A DNA stretch of 64,000 nt from Promethearchaeota archaeon (GTDB lineage: Archaea; Asgardarchaeota; Lokiarchaeia; Sigyniarchaeales; SOKP01): the NCBI GenBank assembly GCA_011364925.1, contig RDOA01000015.1, positions 1-64,000 of the forward strand. Direction: 5' to 3'. Position 1 is the first letter of the stretch. The number at the start of each line of letters is the position of its first letter. Below are positions 1 to 9,670 of the stretch, piece after piece. A program made the position numbers and the translations under genes. The notes beneath the pieces are model-generated. The model saw nothing but the letters and a program-made list of their open reading frames with translations. It was not told the DNA's origin and did no database searches.

Positions 1-814
1 CAAAAAGCAATCTATAATCTTCCTTCTGCAAGGCGCCGATTCCATTTTCAACTCTCTCCTTTGCCTCACGATACATTCTTTTGTATAATTTAATTGGTTC
101 CTTAAGCCCGCACATTGTAAATAAGGGAAAAAGCCCCCCGAAAGTGTCCCGCGTAGAAATCGGGCACGGAACATTTTTTCTCAATTTATAGATATCCTGC
201 CAAACCATACTAAGATTCCAAGAATTTTCGCTTACCTCTCTCGCTTTCTCTTCGTTATATTCGTGCCCAGTAACTTCTTGAATAAAATCGATAAATTCGT
301 GTAATTGTTCTGCGATATATTTCTTAAAATAGTTAAGCTGTCGATTATTAGTATTACTAACTACATGAGGAACATCGATTGAAAAATGAGGGACATTCAT
401 TCTTTCAGCTTGAACTTGAAACCAATTAACATGTGTATCGCATATAACGTCTGTAGAGAGCATGAAAGTTGGTTTTCTGGTACCTCCTTCAGTTATTCCT
501 GCATTACTTGTAACCGCCCCCACGTTTGTTTTAAAATAGGAGCACAAATCGTAGGAAAATCCTTGTTCTTCTGCAATTTCTATAAAGTTTTTTGAAAGTT
601 TCTGAGCAGCACTAACCGTTGCACTATTTTCAGGAAGCATAGGTTGGATATCCATAGCGTATAGCATTTCGACAGGACTTCCTGAAGTAGCCCAAGCGGT
701 TGGTTTACCGTCTCTGTAAGCTTGTTCAATTGCAAGAAAATGTCTTCCCATAACATTTTTTAGCCCTTGAGTTGCGTTTAACATCTTTTTATGCTTTGGT
801 TCAGTTTCTGTCAT
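1..814 (-). CDS. 2-hydroxyacyl-CoA dehydratase family subunit (HgdA/B, FldB/C-like), 3' end truncated by window edge
   Basis: Not in the ORF track. Manual translation from ATG at 814: MTETEPKHKKMLNATQGLKNVMGRHFLAIEQAYRDGKPTAWATSGSPVEMLYAMDIQPMLPENS. GAGGTGA SD at 819-825. Paired with the adjacent paralogue. Confidence 0.8.
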   Translation of the reverse strand, partial: MTETEPKHKKMLNATQGLKNVMGRHFLAIEQAYRDGKPTAWATSGSPVEMLYAMDIQPMLPENSATVSAAQKLSKNFIEIAEEQGFSYDLCSYFKTNVGAVTSNAGITEGGTRKPTFMLSTDVICDTHVNWFQVQAERMNVPHFSIDVPHVVSNTNNRQLNYFKKYIAEQLHEFIDFIQEVTGHEYNEEKAREVSENSWNLSMVWQDIYKLRKNVPCPISTRDTFGGLFPLFTMCGLKEPIKLYKRMYREAKERVENGIGALQKEDYRLLF

Positions 815-824
815 TTTTTCACCT

Positions 825-1862
825 CTATATCATTTCAGCGAACGCTGAAAATCTTGTTGATAATTGTTTATACGCCTCTCTATTATATGTTACTTCAGTA
901 AACATATAGGGTATTTCTAATTCTTTAAATTTTTGTCTTAAATATGGGTGATCGTATAAAACGGGTTCACAGAACTTCTGAGCAATATTAATAACACCAT
1001 CTACATTATACTCAGTAGCTAATTTCTTAAGAACCTCAAATCTCTGGTAAGAAGGAAATTTGGTCGCGTGGATTGGTTTATTCAAGTGATATTTAGCAAT
1101 ACTTTCGATTGGATTTCCATTCTCCTCAATATCATTAGTAAAATATTTAGTACCTATTCCTAAGTCATCGATAACGACTTGGAATCCTAAACTTTCAATA
1201 TATCTTATGAATTCAGTATCGTCAAGATCGGACCCGGTCAACAGAATTCTTTTGTAGTCTTTTTTGGAGAATGGTTGGCGCTCTTTTAGATTTTCTAATT
1301 TGGCTTTTAAAATCTCAAGTGCATCATCTTTGTTGAGTTTTTGGACATCTTTCACTAATCCGTGGAATTCTGAACCAGTTATAATCATTTTATTACGATA
1401 TTCAGAGATTTCTCTTAGTAATTTTCGAATCTTATTCGTCTTTTTAATAGCTTCTTTCAAGTCATTTTCTGTTATTTTTATCTTAAAATGATCTTCTAAC
1501 TGTATTATAAATTCGTTAATATCGTTGATGAAAAACTTCAGAGCAGTATTATCGCGTTTTCTTGGTGAATTAAGAAAATACATGAAATCAAGCTTTAAGC
1601 ATTCTCGCCATATATCAAACTCTCGGTTAGTGCGATCGCAACCGTGAGTCGCAATTATACCAACAATATCTTTATCAAGGTAAGTAATTGCTAGTTCTAA
1701 AAGGTTCCTAGTCCATACGCAGTGTGTTGGAGGAATGTGCTCGTTAGCTTTGTTTGGTTCTATTGTTGGGTCTCCAAAAAATCTGTACGGTATAAAACCG
1801 GCCGCTATTATGATTTCCTCTGGAGTATCGACTCCTGAATCAAAGATGCCAATTTTCTTCAT
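825..1862 (-). CDS. 2-hydroxyacyl-CoA dehydratase family subunit (D-component-like)
   Basis: PEEIIIAAG, HCVW, HGCD, RILLTGS and VDGVI..QKFCEP motifs with three Cys ligands; C-terminal TRFSAFAEMI. Confidence 0.85.
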   Translation of the reverse strand: MKKIGIFDSGVDTPEEIIIAAGFIPYRFFGDPTIEPNKANEHIPPTHCVWTRNLLELAITYLDKDIVGIIATHGCDRTNREFDIWRECLKLDFMYFLNSPRKRDNTALKFFINDINEFIIQLEDHFKIKITENDLKEAIKKTNKIRKLLREISEYRNKMIITGSEFHGLVKDVQKLNKDDALEILKAKLENLKERQPFSKKDYKRILLTGSDLDDTEFIRYIESLGFQVVIDDLGIGTKYFTNDIEENGNPIESIAKYHLNKPIHATKFPSYQRFEVLKKLATEYNVDGVINIAQKFCEPVLYDHPYLRQKFKELEIPYMFTEVTYNREAYKQLSTRFSAFAEMI

Positions 1863-1980
1863 ATTTTTGTTCCCTAAATATAGAAATATAGTTTTATTGT
1901 AAAGTTTAATCGTTAAGAATAAAAAAATATTTATTATTTTAAATATTAAATATTCTATAAGTTTTTACAGAGTTTTTTAA

Positions 1981-2304
1981 ATGTCGCAGCAAACAATCTC
2001 AAGGACCTTAAGTAAAGCCATTCTTAAACCAAAAGTTAGAATCAAATTAAAGATTTGGAATACGTATTTGACTGGAAAACTAGTGAGGTTTGACAATTAT
2101 ATGAATTTAGTTGTTGAAGACGCGAAAGAAATATATTTTGGTCGTGGCGGTAAAAGGAGTAAAGATCTTGGGACTGTTATGATACGAGGTGCTTCAATCA
2201 TTTTTATCGGACAGGATAGAGAAAAATTAATATTTGCTGATTCTGAAGTTGATGAAAACGTACACGATAAATTAATGCATCGAAGAGAAGAAGAAGACAC
2301 ATAA
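1981..2304 (+). CDS. Sm/Lsm-like RNA-binding protein (SmAP) with acidic C-terminal extension
   Basis: Sm1 motif [17 protein letters not shown] and Sm2 motif [11 protein letters not shown]; directly upstream of rpl37e as is usual in archaea. Confidence 0.9.
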   Translation: MSQQTISRTLSKAILKPKVRIKLKIWNTYLTGKLVRFDNYMNLVVEDAKEIYFGRGGKRSKDLGTVMIRGASIIFIGQDREKLIFADSEVDENVHDKLMHRREEEDT

Positions 2305-2324
2305 ATACTAAAGAGGGACTGAAA

Positions 2325-2525
2325 ATGGGTAAAGGAACTCCGAGCAAAGGAAAGAAAAATAAAGCTGCAAGCCACAAAGTATGTAGAAGATGTGGAAAAC
2401 ACAGTTACCATAGAAGAAAAAGGTATTGTGCACATTGCGGATTTGGGAGAACTGCTAAATTACGCCAATATAGTTGGAAAACTAGATATAGAGCCTTTAA
2501 CAAAACCAAGGGCTTTCACGCTTAG
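2325..2525 (+). CDS. rpl37e: 50S ribosomal protein L37e
   Basis: MGKGTPS start and [16 protein letters not shown] zinc finger. Confidence 0.97.
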   Translation: MGKGTPSKGKKNKAASHKVCRRCGKHSYHRRKRYCAHCGFGRTAKLRQYSWKTRYRAFNKTKGFHA

Positions 2526-2603
2526 ATCATATATTTTTTAAACTAAATTCTCTTTATTTGTTATAACTAGTCAATTTTTTAAAATCTTAAAAGTCTTAAT
2601 AAA

Positions 2604-2993
2604 ATGATTGATCCGTCTAAAATTGAAACTGTAACGAGGGAATTAGAGAAATTAGAATTCGTAAATGGGATAATTGGAACTGCAATCGTGAACCGAAACG
2701 GTTTGACGATTATTTCTAGGCTGCCTAGAGACATTGAAGAGCGAAAATTTGGAGCGATGGCAGCTACTATGTTTGAAGCAATGGAAACAGCATCAACTAC
2801 ACTAAAAGATAATTTGGTAAATTTATCTGTAGAATTTGAAGATTATCAATTGTTTGTTTATACTGTAAATGCGGAAATCATTTTAGTTTCTTTATTGGAG
2901 AAAAATATTGATTTAGGAATTGTTCTTATTGAGATTGAAGAATGTACAAAAATTATCCATAACATATTAAAGGTGGAAAAAAATTTTAACTGA
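2604..2993 (+). CDS. Roadblock/LC7 domain protein
   Basis: GIIGTAIVNRNGLTIISRLP...FGAMAATM pattern; 129 aa. Confidence 0.88.
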   Translation: MIDPSKIETVTRELEKLEFVNGIIGTAIVNRNGLTIISRLPRDIEERKFGAMAATMFEAMETASTTLKDNLVNLSVEFEDYQLFVYTVNAEIILVSLLEKNIDLGIVLIEIEECTKIIHNILKVEKNFN

Positions 2994-3717
2994 AGCTCAA
3001 AAGGAAAGGTACTCAAGGCAAATAATATCTCCTCATATTGGAGAAAAAGGACAGGAAAAAATAGCTCAAATTAAAGTTTTACAAATCGGTGCGGGAGGTT
3101 TAGGATCACCTTTCGCACTTTATCTCGTAGCAGCTGGAATAAAAGAATTAACCATCATCGATAATGACACCGTAGCGATTTCTAATCTTCAAAGACAGGT
3201 ACTTTACGATGAACCTCAAATCGGAGTGGTTAAAGTGGATGCTGCACAAAAGAGGTTATCATCTCTTAACTCTGAAGTAGAGATTAAAATCCATAAAGAG
3301 TATACAAACGAGGATTCAATAAAAAAACATCTTAAAGATATAGATTTCATAGTTGACTGTAGTGATAACTTCGGTACAAAGTTTCTAGTTAACCGTGTTG
3401 CTATAGAATTTGAAATAAAAGCTGTTATTGCAGGTGTTAAAGACTTTTTTGGTCAAATTATGACAATTAATCCAAAAGTATCTGCTTGCTATGAATGCGT
3501 TTTCGATCAGCCAGTTTCATTTGAGACTTCAGAGAGCCCGTTACCTGTAATTGGCGTCACGCCAGGGATTTTAGGTACTTTAGAAGCGTTAGAAGTGCTT
3601 AAAACCACATTGAAACTGCCTAATCTAGAAAATAAGCTCCTAATGGTAAACTTACTAAATTTATCATTTGATATCATTGATTTAGTAAGGAATGAAAACT
3701 GTTTCTGCTCAAAATAA
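2983..3717 (+). CDS. ThiF/MoeB/HesA family E1-like adenylyltransferase; true N-terminus lies upstream of the tracked GTG at 3226
   Basis: The frame is open from 2971: ILTEAQKERYSRQII...VLQIGAGGLGSP...IDNDTVAISNLQRQ...DCSDNF...CYEC. There is no ATG/GTG/TTG before 3226, so the start is tentatively placed at ATT 2983 after AGGTGG. Confidence 0.85.
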   Translation: MLTEAQKERYSRQIISPHIGEKGQEKIAQIKVLQIGAGGLGSPFALYLVAAGIKELTIIDNDTVAISNLQRQVLYDEPQIGVVKVDAAQKRLSSLNSEVEIKIHKEYTNEDSIKKHLKDIDFIVDCSDNFGTKFLVNRVAIEFEIKAVIAGVKDFFGQIMTINPKVSACYECVFDQPVSFETSESPLPVIGVTPGILGTLEALEVLKTTLKLPNLENKLLMVNLLNLSFDIIDLVRNENCFCSK

Positions 3718-3775
3718 AATTTTATTGAGCTAAATATAAAAAAAAAGTGAAGAATTTATTCTCTACTTTTGAGAT

Positions 3776-4294
3776 TCATTCTTTGCTGAATAGGAAGGAG
3801 AAACATCCATAGAAAAATGCATTAATTATTCCAGGCACTATAAAGTATAATATTGCGCCGAATAATTGATATATCGACACAAGCGACGGCCACATAGAAC
3901 CAATAGTAGGGGAAACACCAGGAGCGAAGATTATAAGTAATAGGTAAACAACGCAAGAGATAATAGCAGTTAAAAACCAAGATAAAAATGAGATTTTGCC
4001 TGAATCTCCTAATCTCGCTCCCACGATTACCGCTACGAACGGAGGGACAATAATAATAAGAATCGATAGAAGTGCCATAAGTATATCTGGTGCGAGGTGC
4101 AATAAACCAAAACCACGTAAAGCAATATCTGGAGTGGTTATAATTGGCGCAAATAGAGTAGATATCACAAAATAGATATCATCGAGAGGGAATCCCGAAA
4201 CTAAAAAAATGGTAATCAGAAGAAAAATAGCATTTAATCCTAAGTAAATCACGAGTGTTATTAAAAAAGTTTTTATTAAATTCGTTTGAATCAC
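3776..4294 (-). CDS. Hypothetical membrane protein (about 4-5 TM)
   Basis: Multiple hydrophobic segments, no recognised motif. Confidence 0.7.
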   Translation of the reverse strand: MIQTNLIKTFLITLVIYLGLNAIFLLITIFLVSGFPLDDIYFVISTLFAPIITTPDIALRGFGLLHLAPDILMALLSILIIIVPPFVAVIVGARLGDSGKISFLSWFLTAIISCVVYLLLIIFAPGVSPTIGSMWPSLVSIYQLFGAILYFIVPGIINAFFYGCFSFLFSKE

Positions 4295-4451
4295 GCTTTT
4301 TATTTTTTGATTTTTTAGACGATTTTGTTATAAATTAGTAGACTATTTTGATATTTAAACATTTTAGAAATCGCGATTTTCATCAAAATTGAGTTATTTG
4401 GAACAGTAAATAGTTCTAAAATAAGGTATATAATACTGAAAAGAAAAAGAA

Positions 4452-5000
4452 TTATAAATTTGAATAGTCTGGATTCTTTTCGAAAAATTCTTTAAACATT
4501 TTGCCGTTATTAGCGTATTCACCAGAAGTTTTTTCTCCTTCCATTTTACCTTTTTGAAGTAGCTGTTTTTTAATATCAGCAGGAACACCGGCAGCTAAAA
4601 CGCGTGGTGGAATTTCTTTTCCAAGTAAAACAGCACCGGATCCAAGGATCGCTCCTTCTCCCATTTTAGATCTATGTAACACATTCGCACCAATTCCGAC
4701 TAAGCAGCCATTTGCAATAGTACAGGGGCCGTGTATCATCGCATGGTGCCCAATGATACAATTATCACCGATTTCCACTGTAGATCCTATTTCGTTGTGA
4801 ATAGTAACATTTTCTTGAACACTCGTGTTTTTTCCTATAATAATTGTACCCCAATCTCCTCTTAAGACAGCTCCAAACCATATATTACTTTTTTCTCCAA
4901 TAGTAACATCTCCTATAATAACTGCAGTTGGTGCTATATATGCTGATTCGTGGATTTGGGGGACTTTTCCCGTTCTTGGGCTAGGCATGATAAGTGGCAT
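4452..5000 (-). CDS. Gamma carbonic anhydrase family protein (hexapeptide repeat)
   Basis: IGDVTIG..IWFGAVLRGD, VQENVTIH and IGHHAMIHG with three Zn-ligand His. Confidence 0.92.
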   Translation of the reverse strand: MPLIMPSPRTGKVPQIHESAYIAPTAVIIGDVTIGEKSNIWFGAVLRGDWGTIIIGKNTSVQENVTIHNEIGSTVEIGDNCIIGHHAMIHGPCTIANGCLVGIGANVLHRSKMGEGAILGSGAVLLGKEIPPRVLAAGVPADIKKQLLQKGKMEGEKTSGEYANNGKMFKEFFEKNPDYSNL

Positions 5001-5088
5001 GATGTCTTCATAAAGTTATCGTATTTTAAAGATGAAAAATTAAAGGAATAATAATAAGCTTTTTGTATTAAAAAAAAGGAAAAAAGAA

Positions 5089-6768
5089 TTACTTGATGAG
5101 GTTTGCATCACTTAGAATTTTTTTATGATCAAATGCTAGCTCAATATTTTGAAGTTCAGTAATAGGAATTAATTCAGCATCTTTAGAATCATCACCGCCT
5201 CTTAAATCAGAAACTCCACCAATTATTCGACATTTATACGCTGTAGTGTGTACGTTACCTCTTGGATCTCGTCCTTCTTCTGTGTAAATACCTATTTTTG
5301 ATTCAACTTTTATGTCTAAATTTGTTTCTTCTTTAACCTCTCGAATTACAGCTTCAACTGGTTTTTCTCCCTCTTTTATAAAACCACCGGGTAATGCGTA
5401 GTAATTTTGGAAAGGTGGGTATTTTCTCTTAATTAAAACTACATTTCCCTCCTGATCTTCAATTATAGCATCAACAGTTAAGCCCACAGTTGGTTTATTA
5501 ATTTGAATCTTAATATAGATATAATAAACGATCGTTACTACTAATATTCCGATTATGATCGTACCAATTAGACCATTTAAAAGCGAAGTAAAGAGTGTTC
5601 CTTCTTGCAAGTTAAGAGTGAGCATAATTACTCCTGCTAAATCCGCCAGTACCCCCGCTCCAAAGAGTAGATTCAATAAATTTAAACCTCTTTCTGTTTT
5701 TTGTTGATTTTCTTCACTTTTTTTATGATACAAATTTTGCATTGCGTCGTAAATCGTTGTGAACTTTTGATTTATACGATTAACTACGTTTTCTATCTCA
5801 AATTCATTTAAAAGATGTTTCAAAATTCTTGTATAATGTTGTCTCCTATTATAGTCAAGTTCATTATAGATCATGCTTAAGTTAGTTTGAATTAATCCTC
5901 TTAGCAATCTCAAATTTTTAATTTTATCTTCAATAGATTTTAGGTCTTGAAACATCTCCGATTGCATTTTTAAGAAAAGCAAATCTAATGACTCGTTAAT
6001 GGATCGCAAAGCGAACAATACTGCTCGCATTTTTGGTGTCGGATCGAGAACATACTTTATCATATATGATTCGAAAAATTTATCGTAACTATCCTCAACC
6101 ATATATACAAATCCTGAATTTCTACGGATAAAATGGAGTTCTGACAACCGATTTGACAGATTATTTTCAATCCTTTTGTTGTATAAAGCTTCTGAATAAT
6201 CTTCCCATTGCCCTGAATAAATTTCTGTCCAATCACCTATTAATCTTTTATACCTTTCAATATTTTCTTGAGTCCATTCAATTGTACTCGGTGTGGTTTT
6301 ATTCGAAGTCAGAAACACATAAACTGGGCTTTCAGTATCAAGTAATATGCCGGGATAAGAGCTTCCTTTAAAAAATTCTTTTAAATCGTCTAAAATAAGA
6401 TAAGGAATTTGTTGTATCAGCATAGGGACTAATCTTTCTTTTTTTAGCGGTTGATGGGGATAATACTCAACCTTGAATTGAAAATATCCTACGGTATTAA
6501 ACGCTCTATCAGTATTTTCATCTCTATACGGAAAACTTTCAAGATAAGGGACCCAGCTACATTGAATAGATATATTTTGAACCATATCAATTATTTTATC
6601 TTTAAGATCTTGACGATAAAAGTCGTCTGGAGTCAAGTTGTTGAACTTATTTTTAATAAACTCTTCGATTTCTTTAGCAGTTTCTTCTCCACTTATTGTC
6701 TTACTATTTAAGAACGAGCTAATATACCAGAACTCTTCGCGATAAATAAAAGAAAGTTGTTCACTCAT
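5089..6768 (-). CDS. CorA-like helical/2-TM membrane protein fused to a C-terminal Nudix hydrolase (ADP-ribose pyrophosphatase type)
   Basis: Long amphipathic helices, then two hydrophobic segments, then TVDAII, Nudix box GGFIKEGEKPVEAVIREVKEETNL, RDPR, GDDS and LAFDH. Confidence 0.75.
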   Translation of the reverse strand: MSEQLSFIYREEFWYISSFLNSKTISGEETAKEIEEFIKNKFNNLTPDDFYRQDLKDKIIDMVQNISIQCSWVPYLESFPYRDENTDRAFNTVGYFQFKVEYYPHQPLKKERLVPMLIQQIPYLILDDLKEFFKGSSYPGILLDTESPVYVFLTSNKTTPSTIEWTQENIERYKRLIGDWTEIYSGQWEDYSEALYNKRIENNLSNRLSELHFIRRNSGFVYMVEDSYDKFFESYMIKYVLDPTPKMRAVLFALRSINESLDLLFLKMQSEMFQDLKSIEDKIKNLRLLRGLIQTNLSMIYNELDYNRRQHYTRILKHLLNEFEIENVVNRINQKFTTIYDAMQNLYHKKSEENQQKTERGLNLLNLLFGAGVLADLAGVIMLTLNLQEGTLFTSLLNGLIGTIIIGILVVTIVYYIYIKIQINKPTVGLTVDAIIEDQEGNVVLIKRKYPPFQNYYALPGGFIKEGEKPVEAVIREVKEETNLDIKVESKIGIYTEEGRDPRGNVHTTAYKCRIIGGVSDLRGGDDSKDAELIPITELQNIELAFDHKKILSDANLIK

Positions 6769-6865
6769 CGATTTTTACCTTTATATTTATTATAATTTGA
6801 ATTAAATTGTATTATGTATTTATAACATTGATTATTTAAGAATTTCACATAAAATATAGAAGAAA

Positions 6866-7807
6866 ATGTCAGTAAAACAGATTCAAGAAGAGATCCTTAA
6901 GCTGAAAAAACGCTCGGATACAATAATATTGGCTCATTACTACCAACCAATCGAAATACAAGAAATAGCTGATCATTTAGGGGACTCTTTAGGGTTGTCA
7001 CGGCTAGCTAAAGAAACAAATTCAGAATATATTGTTTTTGCGGGTGTAGATTTTATGGCGGAAACTGCTTCCATATTGAATCAAGATAAACATGTTCTAA
7101 TACCTAATCCTGAATCTTGTTGCCCAATGGCGGCATATTTAACTGCTCAAAAAGTGAGAGATTTTAAATCACAATATCCAAATCTACCCGTTGTAGTATA
7201 TGTAAATTCCACTGCTGAGACTAAAGCTGAGTCGAATATATGCTGTACATCGTCTAATGCCGCCAGAATCGTAAAAAGAATCTCTGAATCGGGAAATACT
7301 GATGCAGTTTTATTCGGACCCGATGCTAATTTAGCAGATTACGCTGAACAAAAATCCGGAATTAAATGTATTAAAATGCCCGAAAAAGGTAATTGTTACG
7401 TCCATTCTCAACTAACTATTGAGGATATGAAGAAAATCAAAGCCCAGTATCCTAATAGTCAAATATTAGTTCATCCAGAGTGCATAAGAGAAGTCAGAGA
7501 ATTAGCAGATTTTGTCGGCTCTACTGCTCAAATGTATAACTTAGTAAAAAAGAGTAATAATAATAATAGTGAGTTTTGTATTGGAACCGAAAGAGGTTTG
7601 CTGGAGCGAATGACTCAAGACTTCCCGAATAAAGAATTCCATCTCATTCACGAGAAACTTCTATGTTATAATATGAAAAAGAACACAATAGAACTCATGA
7701 GATATGTACTCGATCATCTAGACGATCCGATGTTTGAAGTTAAAGTACCGCCTGAAATCGCTAAGAGAGCTTTGAGACCCATTGAAAAGATGCTGGAGTA
7801 TTCATAA
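6866..7807 (+). CDS. nadA: Quinolinate synthase
   Basis: ILAHYYQ, GDSL, GVDFMAE, CPMA, YVNS, CTSSNA, CYVH, HPEC, GTE and C.NMKK. Confidence 0.96.
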   Translation: MSVKQIQEEILKLKKRSDTIILAHYYQPIEIQEIADHLGDSLGLSRLAKETNSEYIVFAGVDFMAETASILNQDKHVLIPNPESCCPMAAYLTAQKVRDFKSQYPNLPVVVYVNSTAETKAESNICCTSSNAARIVKRISESGNTDAVLFGPDANLADYAEQKSGIKCIKMPEKGNCYVHSQLTIEDMKKIKAQYPNSQILVHPECIREVRELADFVGSTAQMYNLVKKSNNNNSEFCIGTERGLLERMTQDFPNKEFHLIHEKLLCYNMKKNTIELMRYVLDHLDDPMFEVKVPPEIAKRALRPIEKMLEYS

Positions 7808-7856
7808 ATTTACAGTTCCAACATGAAGAAAAAAGGATATAAAAAATGAAATGTAT

Positions 7857-9530
7857 CTATTTTTCTAGTTTCTTGATTTCTTTTTCCCTTAAAGCTCTTC
7901 TAAGGATTTTTCCCACTCCGCTTTTTGGAAGACTTCGAACAAACTCTATTTCTCTAGGATATTTATAAGCTGCTAAATTTTCTTTGGCAAATTGAATTAT
8001 GTCTTCCTCAGAAACTTTTCCTTTACTTTCGGTTTTAAGTAGTACAAACGCTTTAATGTTTTCACCTTTCATAGGATCAGGAACGCCAATTACCGCGCAT
8101 TCTTGAATCGCTGGATGTTCGTATAATACTTCCTCAATCTCCCTCGGATAAACGCTATGTCCTTTGTATTTTATTAGATCTTTTATCCGATCTAATAAAA
8201 ATAAGTAATATTCGTTATCAAGCCTTCCATAATCACCAGTACGCAACCATTTATAGCCACCCGCTTCAAAAAATACAAGTTTGTTTTCCTCTGGTCTGTT
8301 GTGGTATCCCACCATTACTTGCGGTCCAGATATAACAATCTCTCCCTCCTCGCCGATTGGAACGAATTCAAGATTCTCATTTACGATACCTACAAGAGTA
8401 TTGGTGAATGGATGTCCTACAGAGCCTCGTTTTAATTTTGACCATATTGTAGCTGTTATAGCGCCTGTACTAGTTTCGCTAAGGCCATATCCTTCTGCCA
8501 TTCTGAAACCCGTTCGTCGCTCCCATTCCAAGGCTAGCTCGTCAGGAAGCGCACCAGCACCACAGTTTGCGAATTTCAGGCAAGTCATATCTACATCTTT
8601 CATATGAGGCGAGTTTAAAATGTTCACAAACATCGTGGGCACTCCAAGTAACATATTTGGACGCCATTTTTTGATTACCTCTGCAATTCTTTGAAGATCA
8701 AATGAGGGAAGGATGTACGCTTTTGATCCAACTAAACAACCCATTAATAGTTCACAAGCTTGTCCGTAGATATGATACCAAGGTAATATAGAAAGACCTT
8801 TTATATTTTCCTTAAGGTAATTCTCGATCATATAATCAGTAGTTTGTTTTATTGCCCAAAGCATTGATACCACATTATAATGCGATAAACAAGCACCTTT
8901 TGGAAGTCCAGTCGTTCCTCCTGTATATTGAATTATAGCAATATCTTCTTTTGGATTAATTTTGACTTCAAATTCAAGAGGTTCTTGATATTTGTCCATT
9001 AATTTATCGTAATGAGTGATGATGTCTGTCTCAGGGACTGTAATTTCTTCTCCCATTATGTTCAATATAATTACTTTGTTAAGCGATATTTTTTCGGCAA
9101 CTTTTTCGTATTCCCGGACGAATCTATCCATGGTAACTAAAATACTAGCACCAGAATCTTCGATTTGATAAGCAAGTTCTCTTCCAGTAAATAAGGGGCT
9201 AATAGCTGTTAAAGTAGCTCCGAGATAAATTGCAGCATAATACGCAATAGAGAATTGAGGACAATTAGGAAGCCATAATGCAACAATATCCCCTTTCTTT
9301 ACACCCAAATCTTTTAACACTGCAGCAAATCTTCTAGTTAACACATCTAATTGTTTCGTATTAAATTCTTTCCCAAAGAAATCCATTACAACTTGGTCAG
9401 GAAAATTTTCACCGCGATACTTCCATACATCAATCAACGACATGTTTTTAGGTAGTTCTAAGTCTACTGTTAGACCATCCGGTAAAAATTCTTCCCAACT
9501 ACGATTTTTTATATAGTCTGGAAGTTCCAT
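7857..9530 (-). CDS. Long-chain fatty acid--CoA ligase (AMP-forming)
   Basis: YTGGTTGLPKG, EGYGLSET, TGD, YPREIEE and LPKSGVGKILRR. Confidence 0.93.
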   Translation of the reverse strand: MELPDYIKNRSWEEFLPDGLTVDLELPKNMSLIDVWKYRGENFPDQVVMDFFGKEFNTKQLDVLTRRFAAVLKDLGVKKGDIVALWLPNCPQFSIAYYAAIYLGATLTAISPLFTGRELAYQIEDSGASILVTMDRFVREYEKVAEKISLNKVIILNIMGEEITVPETDIITHYDKLMDKYQEPLEFEVKINPKEDIAIIQYTGGTTGLPKGACLSHYNVVSMLWAIKQTTDYMIENYLKENIKGLSILPWYHIYGQACELLMGCLVGSKAYILPSFDLQRIAEVIKKWRPNMLLGVPTMFVNILNSPHMKDVDMTCLKFANCGAGALPDELALEWERRTGFRMAEGYGLSETSTGAITATIWSKLKRGSVGHPFTNTLVGIVNENLEFVPIGEEGEIVISGPQVMVGYHNRPEENKLVFFEAGGYKWLRTGDYGRLDNEYYLFLLDRIKDLIKYKGHSVYPREIEEVLYEHPAIQECAVIGVPDPMKGENIKAFVLLKTESKGKVSEEDIIQFAKENLAAYKYPREIEFVRSLPKSGVGKILRRALREKEIKKLEK

Positions 9531-9670
9531 TTATTGTAATACCTCCAATTTTATTTTTCAAAATCAATTAATTGTTAGTCTAAAGATTCTCATATCATAT
9601 TTAAGTTTTATTTGAAGATGGAGATGTAACTTAGTACTAAAAAAAACAATGTTTATAGAACAAGATAATT

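Noticed and set aside
386-595. 69-aa + strand ORF, and the many other short antisense or nested ORFs in the track (e.g. 2097-2435, 8281-8607, 29458-29940, 63689-63973)
   Set aside because: They are shadows of well-supported genes on the opposite strand or another frame, with no motifs.
2991-2993. Selenocysteine readthrough at this or other TGA stops
   Set aside because: The TGA-ending genes look complete and none is a known selenoprotein family; here the E1 continues in a different frame.
6769-6865. Imperfect palindrome between the Nudix fusion and nadA as an NrtR-like operator
   Set aside because: Almost entirely A/T and expected by chance; the Nudix protein has no DNA-binding domain.
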